Both the position numbers and the translations under genes were made by a program. This document shows, piece by piece, positions 7,193 through 16,449 of a stretch of DNA of 64,000 nt. Numbering within the stretch: the stretch's first letter is position 1; every line of letters starts with the position of its first letter. The notes beneath the pieces were generated by a model that was given only the letters and a program-made list of their open reading frames with translations, ran no database searches and had not been told where the DNA came from. This stretch comes from an uncultured Oscillospiraceae bacterium (GTDB lineage Bacteria > Bacillota > Clostridia > Oscillospirales > Oscillospiraceae), in the NCBI GenBank assembly GCA_964345235.1, contig CAYFQE010000004.1, forward strand, positions 4,366 through 68,365, given 5' to 3'.

Positions 7193-9937
7193 ATGGAAAA
7201 ACTTGCAGCTTTAATCACAAGGCATTACAAAAAAATACTCTTAGCCTACATTATATTCTCTATAATCAGCGGGTTTCTGTTTCTTAGGCTTCAAATAAAC
7301 TTTGACCTTTCGAGCTATCTGCCCGACGATGTGGAGAGCACTGTTGCCTTGCGCATAATGGACGAGGAGTTTACATCGACTGTTCCGAACGCAAGGGTAG
7401 TTCTGCCCAATGTCACCGTTTCGGAGGCACTGGACGCCAAGAAGACTCTATCGGAAATCGATGGCGTTACAGCCGTTATGTGGATGGACGATGTCGTCGA
7501 TGTAAAAAAGCCCCTTCCTTTTATCGACAAGAAGATTCTGAACGAATATTTAAAGGACGGCGTGGCTCAGTTTTCCGTCACTATCGAAGGCGGAAAAGAA
7601 ATCCCCGCCTCCGACAAGATACGAGAGCTCTTAGGTGAAGATGTAATGCTTTCGGGTATGGCCATACAAAATGCCTATACTCAAAGACAGATAGTTAAGG
7701 AACTTGTTCCCGCTGTTTCAATAATCGTACCCATCGGTCTTTTTATTCTGGCGCTGACGACAACCTCGTGGATACTCCCGTTCCTTATTCTGCTTGTTTT
7801 GGGTGTGGCTATTCTTTTAAACATGGGCTTCAGCGCACTTTTCGGGCCCATGTCTTTTGTAACCCAGGCCACAGCTCCCATATTGCAGATGGCCGTTTCG
7901 ATGGATTATCTCATCTTCCTCTTAAACAGCTTTGAGAGAAACCGCAAAGTTTACGGCGATGTAAATATTGCCATGCAAAAGGCCATACAGGAATCGTCCA
8001 CCGCAATAGCTGCCTCGGCTCTCACCACCGTTTTCGGTTTCCTCGCCCTTATGTTTATGCGCTTCGGCATAGGCATCGATTTGGGCTTGAATCTGGCCAA
8101 GGGCGTAGTTTTCAGCTATATCTGCGCTCTCACCCTTTTCCCCTCGCTTATTCTTTTCTTTCTTAAACTTATCGACAAGACCTCTCATAAGAGGATTATG
8201 CCGGAGATGCCTACTATCGGCGGCAAGATACTTAAGGTTAGAATTCCGATGCTGATACTTGCACTCCTGCTTGTTGTGCCTTGCTTCATCGCCAAGGATA
8301 AAACCGATTTCCTATACGGAAACGGAAACCCCGGAAAAACACATCAGTTTTATATTGAAACCGAAAAAATCAATGAAATGTTCGGAGAAAACATTGCCGT
8401 TGTCATAATAACACCCAAGAGCGACTTGGGCACACAGGCTCAGCTAACTCAGGAGCTTGAAAAAATTCCACATGTGAACAGTATAATTTCCTATGTAACC
8501 GCGGCAGGCGCTCAAATTCCCGATGTGCTTGTCCCCTCGCATTACTTGTCACTATTGCAATCTGAAAACTACTCGCGAATTATACTCACGACAGACACGG
8601 GAGAAGAGGGCTACGCCGCCTTTAAAACTGTTGATGCAGTGCGAGAAACTTGCGCCAAGTACTATGACGAATACTGGGTTTGCGGACAGAGCGCAAATGT
8701 AAGGGACATGAAAACCGTTATATTAAAAGATTCTCCCTTTGTAAACGGCATTGCCATAGGCTTTGTGTTCCTAACCCTGCTCTTCAGCTTAAAGTCTCTC
8801 ACCCTGCCTTTTATTCTTTTGTTCGTAATTGAAAACGCCATTTGGATAAACCTTTCCATACCATATTTCAAAGGCTCGAGCCTTGTATATTTGGGTTATC
8901 TGATTATAAACACTGTACAGCTCGGCGCAACTATCGACTATGCCATTTTGATTACCGACGGCTATGTGGCTTCGAGGAAAACCATGTCGGCGTATGATGC
9001 CGTTAAGGACTCTTTAAATCATCATCTCATTTCCGTTTTCACCTCGGCTTCTGTGCTCACCGCTGCAGGCTTTGCCCTTCAGGTGACCTCGTCAATGGCC
9101 GTGGTTTCGGCTCTCGGAAGGCTCCTCGCCGTTGGTACGGTACTTTCGTTCAGCATGGTGGTTTTCGCCTTGCCCGCCCTTCTGATTATCTTCGATCCGC
9201 TGACTCAAAAACTTACGCTCAAAAAACCTCTCTTTAAATCTAAGAAATCGGCCGAACCCGAGCTTGCCTTTGCAACTGCGCCGGCAGTTTCTATTAATAC
9301 CATCCCTGCGCCCGTAGCCTCGGTTTCCCAAAAAAGCGCAAAGTCTTCCCTATTTTCCTTCCTAAAAAAGAAGAAGAATGAGGACTTAAACCTGTCCGTT
9401 GCGGAGCCCGAGCCCAAAATCGAGCGCGAAACCGCAATTCAGAACGAATATAGAGCTCCGATGCCCGGCTCTTATCTGCCCTCTGAAAATGCAGCGCTTA
9501 AAGAGCATGGCGTAAAGCGAAATATCGTTTATGTTGAAGTAGACGGCGAACTTAAGGCTATTACTCCGGAAGAACTCAGGCCTCCCAAGCTTTATTATCT
9601 CGACAAAACAGATATAGATATAGATGAATATTTTGAGGAAGAAGCCTTTGATGATGACTCCGGCTTTGAAGAGGCCTATATTAAGGAAATCTCACTCTTT
9701 GTAAAGAATGTTTCCACTGAACTCAGTATGATTAGAGAAGAGGTCTCGAAGACAAGAGCCCAAAACGACGAGCTTAGAAAAGAGATACAAAGGCTCAAGA
9801 CTAAAAACAGTGCAAAGCTCCATCAGGACGAGCTTTTGGCAGAGTTAAGAGAACTGAATTCTCAGATGTCCTCATTTAAGGCCGAAATCAGTCTTGACAA
9901 TAAAAAAAACTCAGAGTCTGTAGATAAAGACTCATAA
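7193..9937 (+). CDS. MMPL/RND-superfamily membrane transporter with a ~245-aa cytoplasmic low-complexity/coiled-coil C-terminal extension
   Basis: Two repeats, each of one TM, an extracytoplasmic domain and a 5-TM bundle (for example LVPAVSIIVPIGLFILALTTTSWILPFLILLVLGVAILLNMGF and GIAIGFVFLTLLFSLKSLTLPFILLFVIENAIWINL). Start trimmed to MEKLAALITRHY (ATG 7193). The tail from ~9200 is charged and heptad-like (ELRKEIQRLKTKNSAKLHQDELLAELRELNSQMSSFKAEI). Confidence 0.8.
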   Translation: MEKLAALITRHYKKILLAYIIFSIISGFLFLRLQINFDLSSYLPDDVESTVALRIMDEEFTSTVPNARVVLPNVTVSEALDAKKTLSEIDGVTAVMWMDDVVDVKKPLPFIDKKILNEYLKDGVAQFSVTIEGGKEIPASDKIRELLGEDVMLSGMAIQNAYTQRQIVKELVPAVSIIVPIGLFILALTTTSWILPFLILLVLGVAILLNMGFSALFGPMSFVTQATAPILQMAVSMDYLIFLLNSFERNRKVYGDVNIAMQKAIQESSTAIAASALTTVFGFLALMFMRFGIGIDLGLNLAKGVVFSYICALTLFPSLILFFLKLIDKTSHKRIMPEMPTIGGKILKVRIPMLILALLLVVPCFIAKDKTDFLYGNGNPGKTHQFYIETEKINEMFGENIAVVIITPKSDLGTQAQLTQELEKIPHVNSIISYVTAAGAQIPDVLVPSHYLSLLQSENYSRIILTTDTGEEGYAAFKTVDAVRETCAKYYDEYWVCGQSANVRDMKTVILKDSPFVNGIAIGFVFLTLLFSLKSLTLPFILLFVIENAIWINLSIPYFKGSSLVYLGYLIINTVQLGATIDYAILITDGYVASRKTMSAYDAVKDSLNHHLISVFTSASVLTAAGFALQVTSSMAVVSALGRLLAVGTVLSFSMVVFALPALLIIFDPLTQKLTLKKPLFKSKKSAEPELAFATAPAVSINTIPAPVASVSQKSAKSSLFSFLKKKKNEDLNLSVAEPEPKIERETAIQNEYRAPMPGSYLPSENAALKEHGVKRNIVYVEVDGELKAITPEELRPPKLYYLDKTDIDIDEYFEEEAFDDDSGFEEAYIKEISLFVKNVSTELSMIREEVSKTRAQNDELRKEIQRLKTKNSAKLHQDELLAELRELNSQMSSFKAEISLDNKKNSESVDKDS

Positions 9938-9960
9938 CATCATTAAAGGATGCGATAGAT

Positions 9961-11778
9961 ATGAAGAAAATTACAAGTTTATTTTTAGCTGTCCTGCTGC
10001 TCTTCTCTCTCACGGCAGGTCTTACCCCCGCCCTTGCAGTCGAAGAGGAAAACACAGAGCTTGAGGAGCAGAAGCAACCCGATTTTCTGTCGGAGGAGGT
10101 TGTTTATGCTCTGACGAGCGCCGACGGAAAAGTAGACGGAATATACAGCATCTGCCTCATTGATTCCGAGAAGGAGCTTGAGGCCTCTTACTTCGGTCCG
10201 TTTAAGGAGGTTGAAAATCTCTCGGGCGTTCAGGAGATTGAGCTCAGCGGTGATGAAGCCTTAATGAATGTACCCAAGGGCAAGTTCTATTTCAAATCTT
10301 TCCTAAGCACAAAAGACCTCCCCTGGTTTTTTGACATAAGCTATAAGCTCGATGGCGAGGATATATCAGCCGAAAATCTGGGAGGTAAGAGCGGTCTTTT
10401 GGAAATAAATTTAAAGTCGGAAGCTAACGAAGATGTTGACGAGAGCTTTAGAAACAGCTTTTTCATGCAGATAACCATAACACTGGATGCTGAAAAAACA
10501 AACTCCATTGAAGCCGAGGACGCCACTATTGCCAACGCCGGCGGCACTAAACTGCTCACTCTATTCGGTCTTCCCGGCAGCGATCTCGATACTACAGTAA
10601 AGGCGGAAGTTGAGAACTTTGAAATGCCGGGCATAAGCATAGCCGCTGTACCTTTCAGCATGGCCGATCAGCTTGGTGAGGTTATGGATCTCACCGACGG
10701 CCTTCTGCAGCTTTCAAACGCTGTCGGCGCGCTTAGCGCCGGCGCCGGTCAGTTGGCGGGAGGTATTAACGAGCTTGCAGGCGGCTCTGCCGAGTTCGGC
10801 GAAGGTCTTATGTTGCTTTCACAAAACTCGGGAACTCTGAGAAACGGCTCGCAGCAGGTTTTGGATGCGGTAAACAACATGAGCGCACTGCTCTCAAACT
10901 ATGGGGGTTTGTTCGAAAACTTTGATGTAAACGCTTTGGCTTTTCTCCCCGCCACTCTGTACTCGGCAGCCGACAATTTGGATGCCGCGGCAACAAGCCT
11001 TGAAAGCATACCCGTAGGACTGGGTGCAGCTTTACAAACTTTTGACGCCGCCATAAATTCACTCCCGGAGGTCGATATGAGCGGCATAGATGAGCTTGAC
11101 CCCACCAACCCCACTCTGCAAAGCCTTTTGCAGCACTATGCCGCTACAAAGGCGCTTCAGGGGCTCTGGAACTCAACCTTGAGTGGGGTGAGTGTTCCAG
11201 GAGATACTGCCGCCAATGCAGCATCCCTGAGAGCGCAAGCTCTCGGCCTGAGAGCCGCGGCCAAGGCCGTTGAAGCCGCGATAGCCAGCGGCGGCATAGG
11301 AGACTTCAGCGAGCTTACAGAGGGCTTGAATCAGTTTTTAAGCGGTTACTCACAGCTTCACAACGGCATTGTTCAGTATACCGAGGGCGTTGACGCTCTT
11401 GCCGCAAATTGGGGGCAACTCTACGGCGGAATGACACAGCTCTCGGACGGCGCCAACCAGCTCTCGGGCGGTTTGGGACAGCTGAACGCTGGCACTGCAA
11501 GCATCCCGGAAAAAATTAAGGAGCTTATGGGAGATATGGAGATCGGAGAATATGAGCCTATATCTTACCTAAGTGAGAAGAACGAAGGTTGCACTCTTGT
11601 ACAGTTTGTGATAATGACAGACCCGATTGAAGCTCCCGAAGGGGAAAAGCCCGAGCTTGAGCCCGAGCCTGAAACGAGCTTCTGGGAAAGATTTAAAGCT
11701 CTCTTTACCAAAGAAGAGGAGACAGAAGAAACCCCGGATAAGCCTGACGAAAGCGAATCCGATAAAAAGTCTGTGTAA
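9961..11778 (+). CDS. Secreted protein with YhgE/Pip-type X-X-X-Leu-X-X-Gly heptad repeats and an acidic C-terminus
   Basis: Signal peptide MKKITSLFLAVLLLFSLTAGLTPALA. Repeats such as LSNAVGALSAGAGQLAGGINELAGGSAEFGEGL and LSDGANQLSGGLGQLNAGT. Lacks the C-terminal TM bundle of true YhgE/Pip proteins. Confidence 0.65.
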   Translation: MKKITSLFLAVLLLFSLTAGLTPALAVEEENTELEEQKQPDFLSEEVVYALTSADGKVDGIYSICLIDSEKELEASYFGPFKEVENLSGVQEIELSGDEALMNVPKGKFYFKSFLSTKDLPWFFDISYKLDGEDISAENLGGKSGLLEINLKSEANEDVDESFRNSFFMQITITLDAEKTNSIEAEDATIANAGGTKLLTLFGLPGSDLDTTVKAEVENFEMPGISIAAVPFSMADQLGEVMDLTDGLLQLSNAVGALSAGAGQLAGGINELAGGSAEFGEGLMLLSQNSGTLRNGSQQVLDAVNNMSALLSNYGGLFENFDVNALAFLPATLYSAADNLDAAATSLESIPVGLGAALQTFDAAINSLPEVDMSGIDELDPTNPTLQSLLQHYAATKALQGLWNSTLSGVSVPGDTAANAASLRAQALGLRAAAKAVEAAIASGGIGDFSELTEGLNQFLSGYSQLHNGIVQYTEGVDALAANWGQLYGGMTQLSDGANQLSGGLGQLNAGTASIPEKIKELMGDMEIGEYEPISYLSEKNEGCTLVQFVIMTDPIEAPEGEKPELEPEPETSFWERFKALFTKEEETEETPDKPDESESDKKSV

Positions 11779-11804
11779 TTAGCTATACAGAAAATAAAGT
11801 CAAA

Positions 11805-11840
11805 AAGACTCTATCTTTGCGATAGAGTCTTACTTTTTTA
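11805..11840. terminator. Bidirectional rho-independent terminator
   Basis: Stem AAGACTCTATC (11805-11815) / GATAGAGTCTT (11821-11831), with T-runs on both strands. Sits between convergent genes ending at 11778 (+) and 11838 (-). Confidence 0.7.
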
Positions 11841-12998
11841 TGAAAAATAGCTGTATTTAAACAGTTTTGGTTTGGGCTTATATTTTACCCCCGAAACCAG
11901 ACCTATGGCCGCATACATTGAAACAATCGATGAGCCTCCATAGCTGAAGAACGGCAGGGTTATGCCGATAACGGGAGCTATGCCTATGCACATGCCGATA
12001 TTCTCGAAGGTTTGGAAAATAAGCGTGCCCGCAACACCGAAGCAAACCAGCGTTCCGAGAGTATCGTTTGCTCTCACACCCACCATTACACATCGAACTA
12101 TGAGAATAAGCAGGAGGGCAAAAACTATAAGAGCGCCTATCATGCCGAACTCTTCCCCTATGACGGAGAAAATGAAGTCGGTGTGCTTGCCGAAAAGTGC
12201 GTTTGACTGGCTCTGCTGTCCTTGTCCGTAACCTGTACCGTGGAGTCTTCCCGAGGCAAGACCCAACTTGGATATATAGGGCTGCCAGTTTATGCCATCG
12301 TTTTTCGGGTCTATAGTCGGGTCGTAGGGCGCTAAGATTCTGTTTCGTTGATAGGGCTTTAAGAAGTTATTCCAAAGAACGGGTGTGACAACCGCCAAAG
12401 CTGCAAAGCCCGCCAAAAACCAGTAAATCTTAAATCCTGCCGCAAAGAGCATTATAAGAAAGATTAAGAAAAAGACGAGAGCGCTACCCAAGTCCTCTGC
12501 CGTAACTATAATTAGACCAAATATGACCATAAAGTGCCCTAAAAGCCCTAAAACACTTTTGAATTTGTTTAGCATATTCTTTTCTTTAAGATAGCTTATG
12601 TGTTTGGCCATAACTATTATATACGCAATCTTCGCAACCTCCGAAGGCTGAAGACCTATGCCCAAGAATCGCAGCCAACCCTTGTTACCCGTGGCGCTGG
12701 TGACACCGAAGGGGATGAGTGAGAACATAATCAGAAATATGAAGGCCAGTAGCCAAGGCCACTTTTCGGCCAAGATTTCTACATCGATAAGGGTCATGAA
12801 TACAAAGGTGCCTATTCCTATGAATATGGCGAGTAGCTGAACTATAGTGTACTGCGCCGAGTTTACATAGGACTGAGTGGCACTGGAAATTGCTATGAGG
12901 CCGTAGATGCTGCAGGCAAGAGCCACAATCAAAAGCAACATGTCGGCCCTCTTTATAAACTCTTTTATATATGGAAGATATTTCTTCATATTAACCAC
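11838..12998 (-). CDS. SEDS-family peptidoglycan polymerase (FtsW/RodA/SpoVE)
   Basis: 386 aa, ~10 TM. Conserved C-terminal block GITLPFFSYGGSSIVSMYAAIGLV plus QPSEVAKIAYII. Confidence 0.85.
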   Translation of the reverse strand: MVNMKKYLPYIKEFIKRADMLLLIVALACSIYGLIAISSATQSYVNSAQYTIVQLLAIFIGIGTFVFMTLIDVEILAEKWPWLLAFIFLIMFSLIPFGVTSATGNKGWLRFLGIGLQPSEVAKIAYIIVMAKHISYLKEKNMLNKFKSVLGLLGHFMVIFGLIIVTAEDLGSALVFFLIFLIMLFAAGFKIYWFLAGFAALAVVTPVLWNNFLKPYQRNRILAPYDPTIDPKNDGINWQPYISKLGLASGRLHGTGYGQGQQSQSNALFGKHTDFIFSVIGEEFGMIGALIVFALLLILIVRCVMVGVRANDTLGTLVCFGVAGTLIFQTFENIGMCIGIAPVIGITLPFFSYGGSSIVSMYAAIGLVSGVKYKPKPKLFKYSYFS

Positions 12999-13037
12999 CG
13001 TTTAAGAATTTCGCCTAATTTTAGCACATAATATCCC

Positions 13038-13066
13038 TTTACGCAAACAGAGGCTTTGTGTATAAT
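13038..13066 (+). promoter_or_regulatory. Sigma-A-like promoter upstream of tsaE
   Basis: TTTACG (13038-13043), 17-nt spacer, TATAAT (13061-13066). Lies ~25 nt upstream of the tsaE start. Confidence 0.45.
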
Positions 13067-13090
13067 CTTTAAGGTATCACGGAGGTGCGT

Positions 13091-13531
13091 ATGCTCCAAA
13101 TAATTACAAAAAGCGAAAAAGAAACCGAAAATTTAGGCAGGATTCTCGCATCTAAATTAGAGCCTCGCAGTATAGTTGCGCTCTACGGCGACCTGGGTGC
13201 CGGTAAGACGGCTTTTGTTAGAGGGCTCGCCCGCGGTTTGGGAATAGGAAAGAAGGTCTCCAGTCCCACTTTCACGATAGTTAACGAGCTGAGTGAAAAC
13301 GGAAAAACTCTCATACACTTTGATATGTATAGACTGGGGGGCTCCGACGAGCTCTTTGATATCGGCTGGGAAGACTACCTGCAGAGAGATTGCATTTTGG
13401 CCGTTGAGTGGAGCGAGATTGTTGACGACATTTATACAGGCGAAGAGATTACAGTTAAGATTGAAAAGCTCAGCGAGAATGAAAGAAAAATCTCTTTCGG
13501 AGGGAACTTGTATGAGAATTTTAGCCTTTGA
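13091..13531 (+). CDS. tsaE: tRNA t6A37 biosynthesis ATPase TsaE
   Basis: Walker A in the YjeE context [21 protein letters not shown], plus [13 protein letters not shown] 13091 lies 5 nt after GGAGG. Confidence 0.85.
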   Translation: MLQIITKSEKETENLGRILASKLEPRSIVALYGDLGAGKTAFVRGLARGLGIGKKVSSPTFTIVNELSENGKTLIHFDMYRLGGSDELFDIGWEDYLQRDCILAVEWSEIVDDIYTGEEITVKIEKLSENERKISFGGNLYENFSL

Positions 13532-14210
13532 CTCGAGCGCGAAAAGCGCTTCTGTATGCATATTTGAGGACGGTCGTGTTCTGGCGGAGTATTTTCAAAA
13601 TGCAGGCCTTACCCACTCGAAAACCCTCATGCCCATGATAGATGACATACTTAAAAACACTGAGCTTAAGCTCAAAGAAATGGACTATCTGGCCACATCT
13701 ATAGGTCCGGGCTCTTTCACCGGACTTAGAATCGGCCTTTCAACTCTTAAAGGTCTTTGCTTGGGAGCCGGAAAACAGGCATTCGGAGTTTCTACACTTT
13801 TGGCTCTTGCCCAAAACTGCCGCAGTCTGCACGAAGATGCCGTAATCTGCGCCGCCATGGATGCGCGCAGAAACGAATTTTACACCGCATTTTTCTCTCT
13901 TAAAGCAGATAAAGTGGAAAGAATTTGTGAAGACAGGGCCATTCCCTGCACTGAGCTTCTTTTTGAGCTTAAAAAGTTTGAAAAACCTGTTTTTCTTCTT
14001 GGAGATGGGGCGAAATTGTGCTATAATCAGGCTGATGATGAAACCAGGTTAAATCTCAAACTGGTTCCCGAGGATCTCCTCTTACAGAGAGCCTCAGGAG
14101 TTGCGGTAGCGGTCGCAGAGCTTACTCCCCAAGATGCCGCCTCGATTCTGCCCTCGTATTTGAGGCTCTCGCAGGCGGAGCGCGAGAGATTTAATAAAAA
14201 CGAAAAATGA
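13512..14210 (+). CDS. tsaB: tRNA t6A37 biosynthesis protein TsaB
   Basis: [17 protein letters not shown]... and GPGSFTGLRIGLSTLKGL, typical of YeaZ/TsaB. The track ORF (13293) is trimmed. The start overlaps the tsaE end by 20 nt. Confidence 0.85.
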   Translation: MRILAFDSSAKSASVCIFEDGRVLAEYFQNAGLTHSKTLMPMIDDILKNTELKLKEMDYLATSIGPGSFTGLRIGLSTLKGLCLGAGKQAFGVSTLLALAQNCRSLHEDAVICAAMDARRNEFYTAFFSLKADKVERICEDRAIPCTELLFELKKFEKPVFLLGDGAKLCYNQADDETRLNLKLVPEDLLLQRASGVAVAVAELTPQDAASILPSYLRLSQAERERFNKNEK

Positions 14211-14226
14211 TTGAGGTGTATTAAAA

Positions 14227-14856
14227 ATGGGCAATGTACATGTGTTCGACCATCCGCTTATTCAACATAAGCTGTCTATACTTAGAAATAAAGACACATG
14301 CGTAAAAGAATTCAGAGAAATTACAAACGAGATTGCCATGCTTATGTGCTATGAGGCCACAAGGGATCTTCCTCTTGAGGATATCGAAGTTGAAACCCCT
14401 GTCGCCATGGCGCACTGTAGGCAGATAGCCGGCAAAAAACTTGCCATTGTCCCCATACTCAGAGCGGGTCTTGGCATGGTTGACGGCATAGTAACCTTAA
14501 TCCCCGGCGCAAAGGTCGGCCATGTAGGACTATATAGAGATCCCGAAACCTTAGAGCCCGTTAAATACTATTATAAAATGCCCTCTGATATCTCGGAGCG
14601 TGATGCAATAATAGTTGACCCCATGCTTGCAACCGGCGGAAGCGCTGTTGCCGCCGCCACTTTTCTAAAGGAATCGGGCGCAAGAAGCATTAAGCTCATG
14701 TGTCTTATCGCCGCTCCCGAAGGAATAAAGCGTATGCAGGAGGCTCACCCCGATATACCAATATACATAGCGGGTGTGGACGAGAGATTGAATGATCACG
14801 GCTATATTGTTCCGGGATTGGGCGACGCCGGAGACAGAATTTTCGGCACAAAATAA
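14227..14856 (+). CDS. upp: Uracil phosphoribosyltransferase
   Basis: 209 aa. [16 protein letters not shown] at the N-terminus, PRPP loop [13 protein letters not shown], and C-terminal [17 protein letters not shown]. Confidence 0.95.
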   Translation: MGNVHVFDHPLIQHKLSILRNKDTCVKEFREITNEIAMLMCYEATRDLPLEDIEVETPVAMAHCRQIAGKKLAIVPILRAGLGMVDGIVTLIPGAKVGHVGLYRDPETLEPVKYYYKMPSDISERDAIIVDPMLATGGSAVAAATFLKESGARSIKLMCLIAAPEGIKRMQEAHPDIPIYIAGVDERLNDHGYIVPGLGDAGDRIFGTK

Positions 14857-14874
14857 ATTAGGGAGGTTTGTCTG

Positions 14875-15576
14875 TTGAATTTTGAACAAATTGTCGCTCC
14901 GACAATAAAGGAGCTTTTTATAGAAAAAATACAGGGAATGATACTCTCCGGCGAGCTCAAGCCCGGAGACAAGCTCCCCTCCGAAAGAGAGCTCTCGGAG
15001 CAGATGAAGATATCAAAGTCCATAGTTCACCTTGGGCTTGAAACTCTTGAACGCATGGGTTTTGTGGAGATTTTTTCGAGAAGCGGAACATTTGTGGCCG
15101 ACTTTGCCGAAAACGGCAACCTCGAAACCTTAAACGCCATAATCAGATACAACGGCGGCAAGCTCGACAAGCAGATGATTATCTCTATAATCGAACTTCG
15201 CAGTGCTATTGAAGGCGGCTCTCTTATAAAACTCGGCAACAGCCACAGCGAGGAAGACATGTCAGCCCTCAGGCTTATTTTGGATGAAATTCGTACATTG
15301 GGAGAGCGGAACGCCTCTATCTCTGCGCAGGCGCAGGCGCTCTCGGAGTTTCACTACAGCATCTGCAAGCTCTCTCAGAACAAGCTTTTCCCTCTCATCA
15401 TGAATGCTTTCAGACATGTCGGCTTTATTCTGTGGGAATCGAGCGTGCGTTTCTGGGGCGCTGAAGCCCTTTTTGAGCAGGGAACAAAAACCTTGGACCT
15501 TGTTGAACAGGGTCGCGGCAAGGAGGCCTCGGATTATCTTGATTCGCTCTTCTTGGAATATATAGAAACGCTCTAA
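14875..15576 (+). CDS. GntR-family (FadR-type C-domain) transcriptional regulator
   Basis: Winged HTH GDKLPSERELSEQMKISKSIVHLGLETLERMGFVE followed by an all-helical FCD-like domain. TTG start 8 nt after GGGAGG. Confidence 0.85.
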   Translation: MNFEQIVAPTIKELFIEKIQGMILSGELKPGDKLPSERELSEQMKISKSIVHLGLETLERMGFVEIFSRSGTFVADFAENGNLETLNAIIRYNGGKLDKQMIISIIELRSAIEGGSLIKLGNSHSEEDMSALRLILDEIRTLGERNASISAQAQALSEFHYSICKLSQNKLFPLIMNAFRHVGFILWESSVRFWGAEALFEQGTKTLDLVEQGRGKEASDYLDSLFLEYIETL

Positions 15577-15593
15577 ACTAAATTTGACACGCA

Positions 15594-15624
15594 GTCGGAA
15601 AGTTTAAACTTTCCGACTTTTTTA
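15594..15624 (+). terminator. Rho-independent terminator after the GntR gene
   Basis: Stem GTCGGAAAG / CTTTCCGAC followed by TTTTTTAT. Confidence 0.7.
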
Positions 15625-15626
15625 TA

Positions 15627-15660
15627 ACAAAAGACTCTCTGTATAATGCAGAGAGTCTTT
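15627..15660 (-). terminator. Rho-independent terminator after the 69-aa ORF
   Basis: Stem AAGACTCTCTG (15631-15641) / CAGAGAGTCTT (15649-15659). On the minus strand it is followed by UUUUGUU. Confidence 0.6.
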
Positions 15661-15685
15661 TATTTATACTATTTGTTTTTGAAGC

Positions 15686-15895
15686 TTAGATTGCCTCGAG
15701 GGCTTCTTTTATACGCGCCTTTTTTTCGGCGGAAACCTTCTTATCGGGAACCATTGCGAAAACATCGGCTATGGTCTTTTTCTTTACGAGCTTGACCATG
15801 GGGCTCTTTAAGATGGCCGGTTCGATTGCATTCAGAGCTTCACAAGCCTTCGAATTGTCAAGAAGCTCTCCTATGGTTGTAGTATTGAGATTCAT
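15686..15895 (-). CDS. Hypothetical small protein (69 aa)
   Basis: ORF MNLNTTTIGELLDNSKACEALNAIEP...KARIKEALEAI with its own downstream terminator. I recognise no family. The N-terminal TIGELL segment only vaguely recalls DUF1858-type domains, and the Cys pair is missing. Confidence 0.45.
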   Translation of the reverse strand: MNLNTTTIGELLDNSKACEALNAIEPAILKSPMVKLVKKKTIADVFAMVPDKKVSAEKKARIKEALEAI

Positions 15896-15999
15896 AGTAT
15901 TCTCCTTTTTTCAATTTTATCCGAGCCTCAAGCTCGGTGACCTTGTGATTAATCATATCACAAAAAATTGCCGTCTTCAAGTTAAAAATTAGTCAAAAT

Positions 16000-16029
16000 A
16001 AATATAAAAGTCGGGATTTCTCCCGACTT
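16000..16029 (-). terminator. Terminator downstream of tRNA-Thr
   Basis: Minus strand reads AAGTCGGGA-GAAA-TCCCGACTT followed by TTATATTTATTTT. Confidence 0.6.
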
Positions 16030-16105
16030 TGGAGCTAATGATGTGACTCGAACACACGACCTGCTGATTACGAATCAGCTGCTCTACCGACTGAGCTACA
16101 TTAGC
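16030..16105 (-). tRNA. tRNA-Thr (anticodon CGU), CCA encoded
   Basis: Hand-folded cloverleaf. Acceptor GCTAATG/CATTAGC, D arm GCTC-AGTCGGTA-GAGC, anticodon arm GCTGA-TTCGTAA-TCAGC, T arm GTGTG-TTCGAGT-CACAT, then T-CCA. Confidence 0.95.
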
Positions 16106-16122
16106 ATGCTTAATGTTATAAG

Positions 16123-16151
16123 ATAATAGTTTATTTTTCTCTTTTTGTCAA
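16123..16151 (-). promoter_or_regulatory. Sigma-A-like promoter of tRNA-Thr
   Basis: Minus strand: TTGACA (16151-16146), 17-nt spacer, TATTAT (16128-16123). Lies ~17 nt upstream of the mature tRNA 5' end. Confidence 0.5.
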
Positions 16152-16449
16152 TCTTTGCCGCCTTTTTGCGCAAACCGGAACTTTTCATATCTTTGTAAAA
16201 AAGTTTACCCAAAGATTACAAAAGTAATTATTAAAGCAGATTTTGTCATATTTCGTTTTACATAATTATTAAAATAAGACTTTTGTGCGAAGTTTCAAAC
16301 AGTTTGAACAGGGTTTTCAACATTACACACACTCAAAACGCCCTGTATTGTGGGTAAAATTCAAGTTTTGAACAATCGTATTTTGTTGAATTTATTTTAG
16401 CTTGTTTTTTTGTTTACATAAAATTGTTACACCTGTGTTTTAACAGTTC

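Noticed and set aside
15686-15895. Assigning the 69-aa ORF to the DUF1858/ScdA-N redox domain family.
   Set aside because: Only the TIGELL start is similar. The conserved Cys pair is absent, so it is left as hypothetical.
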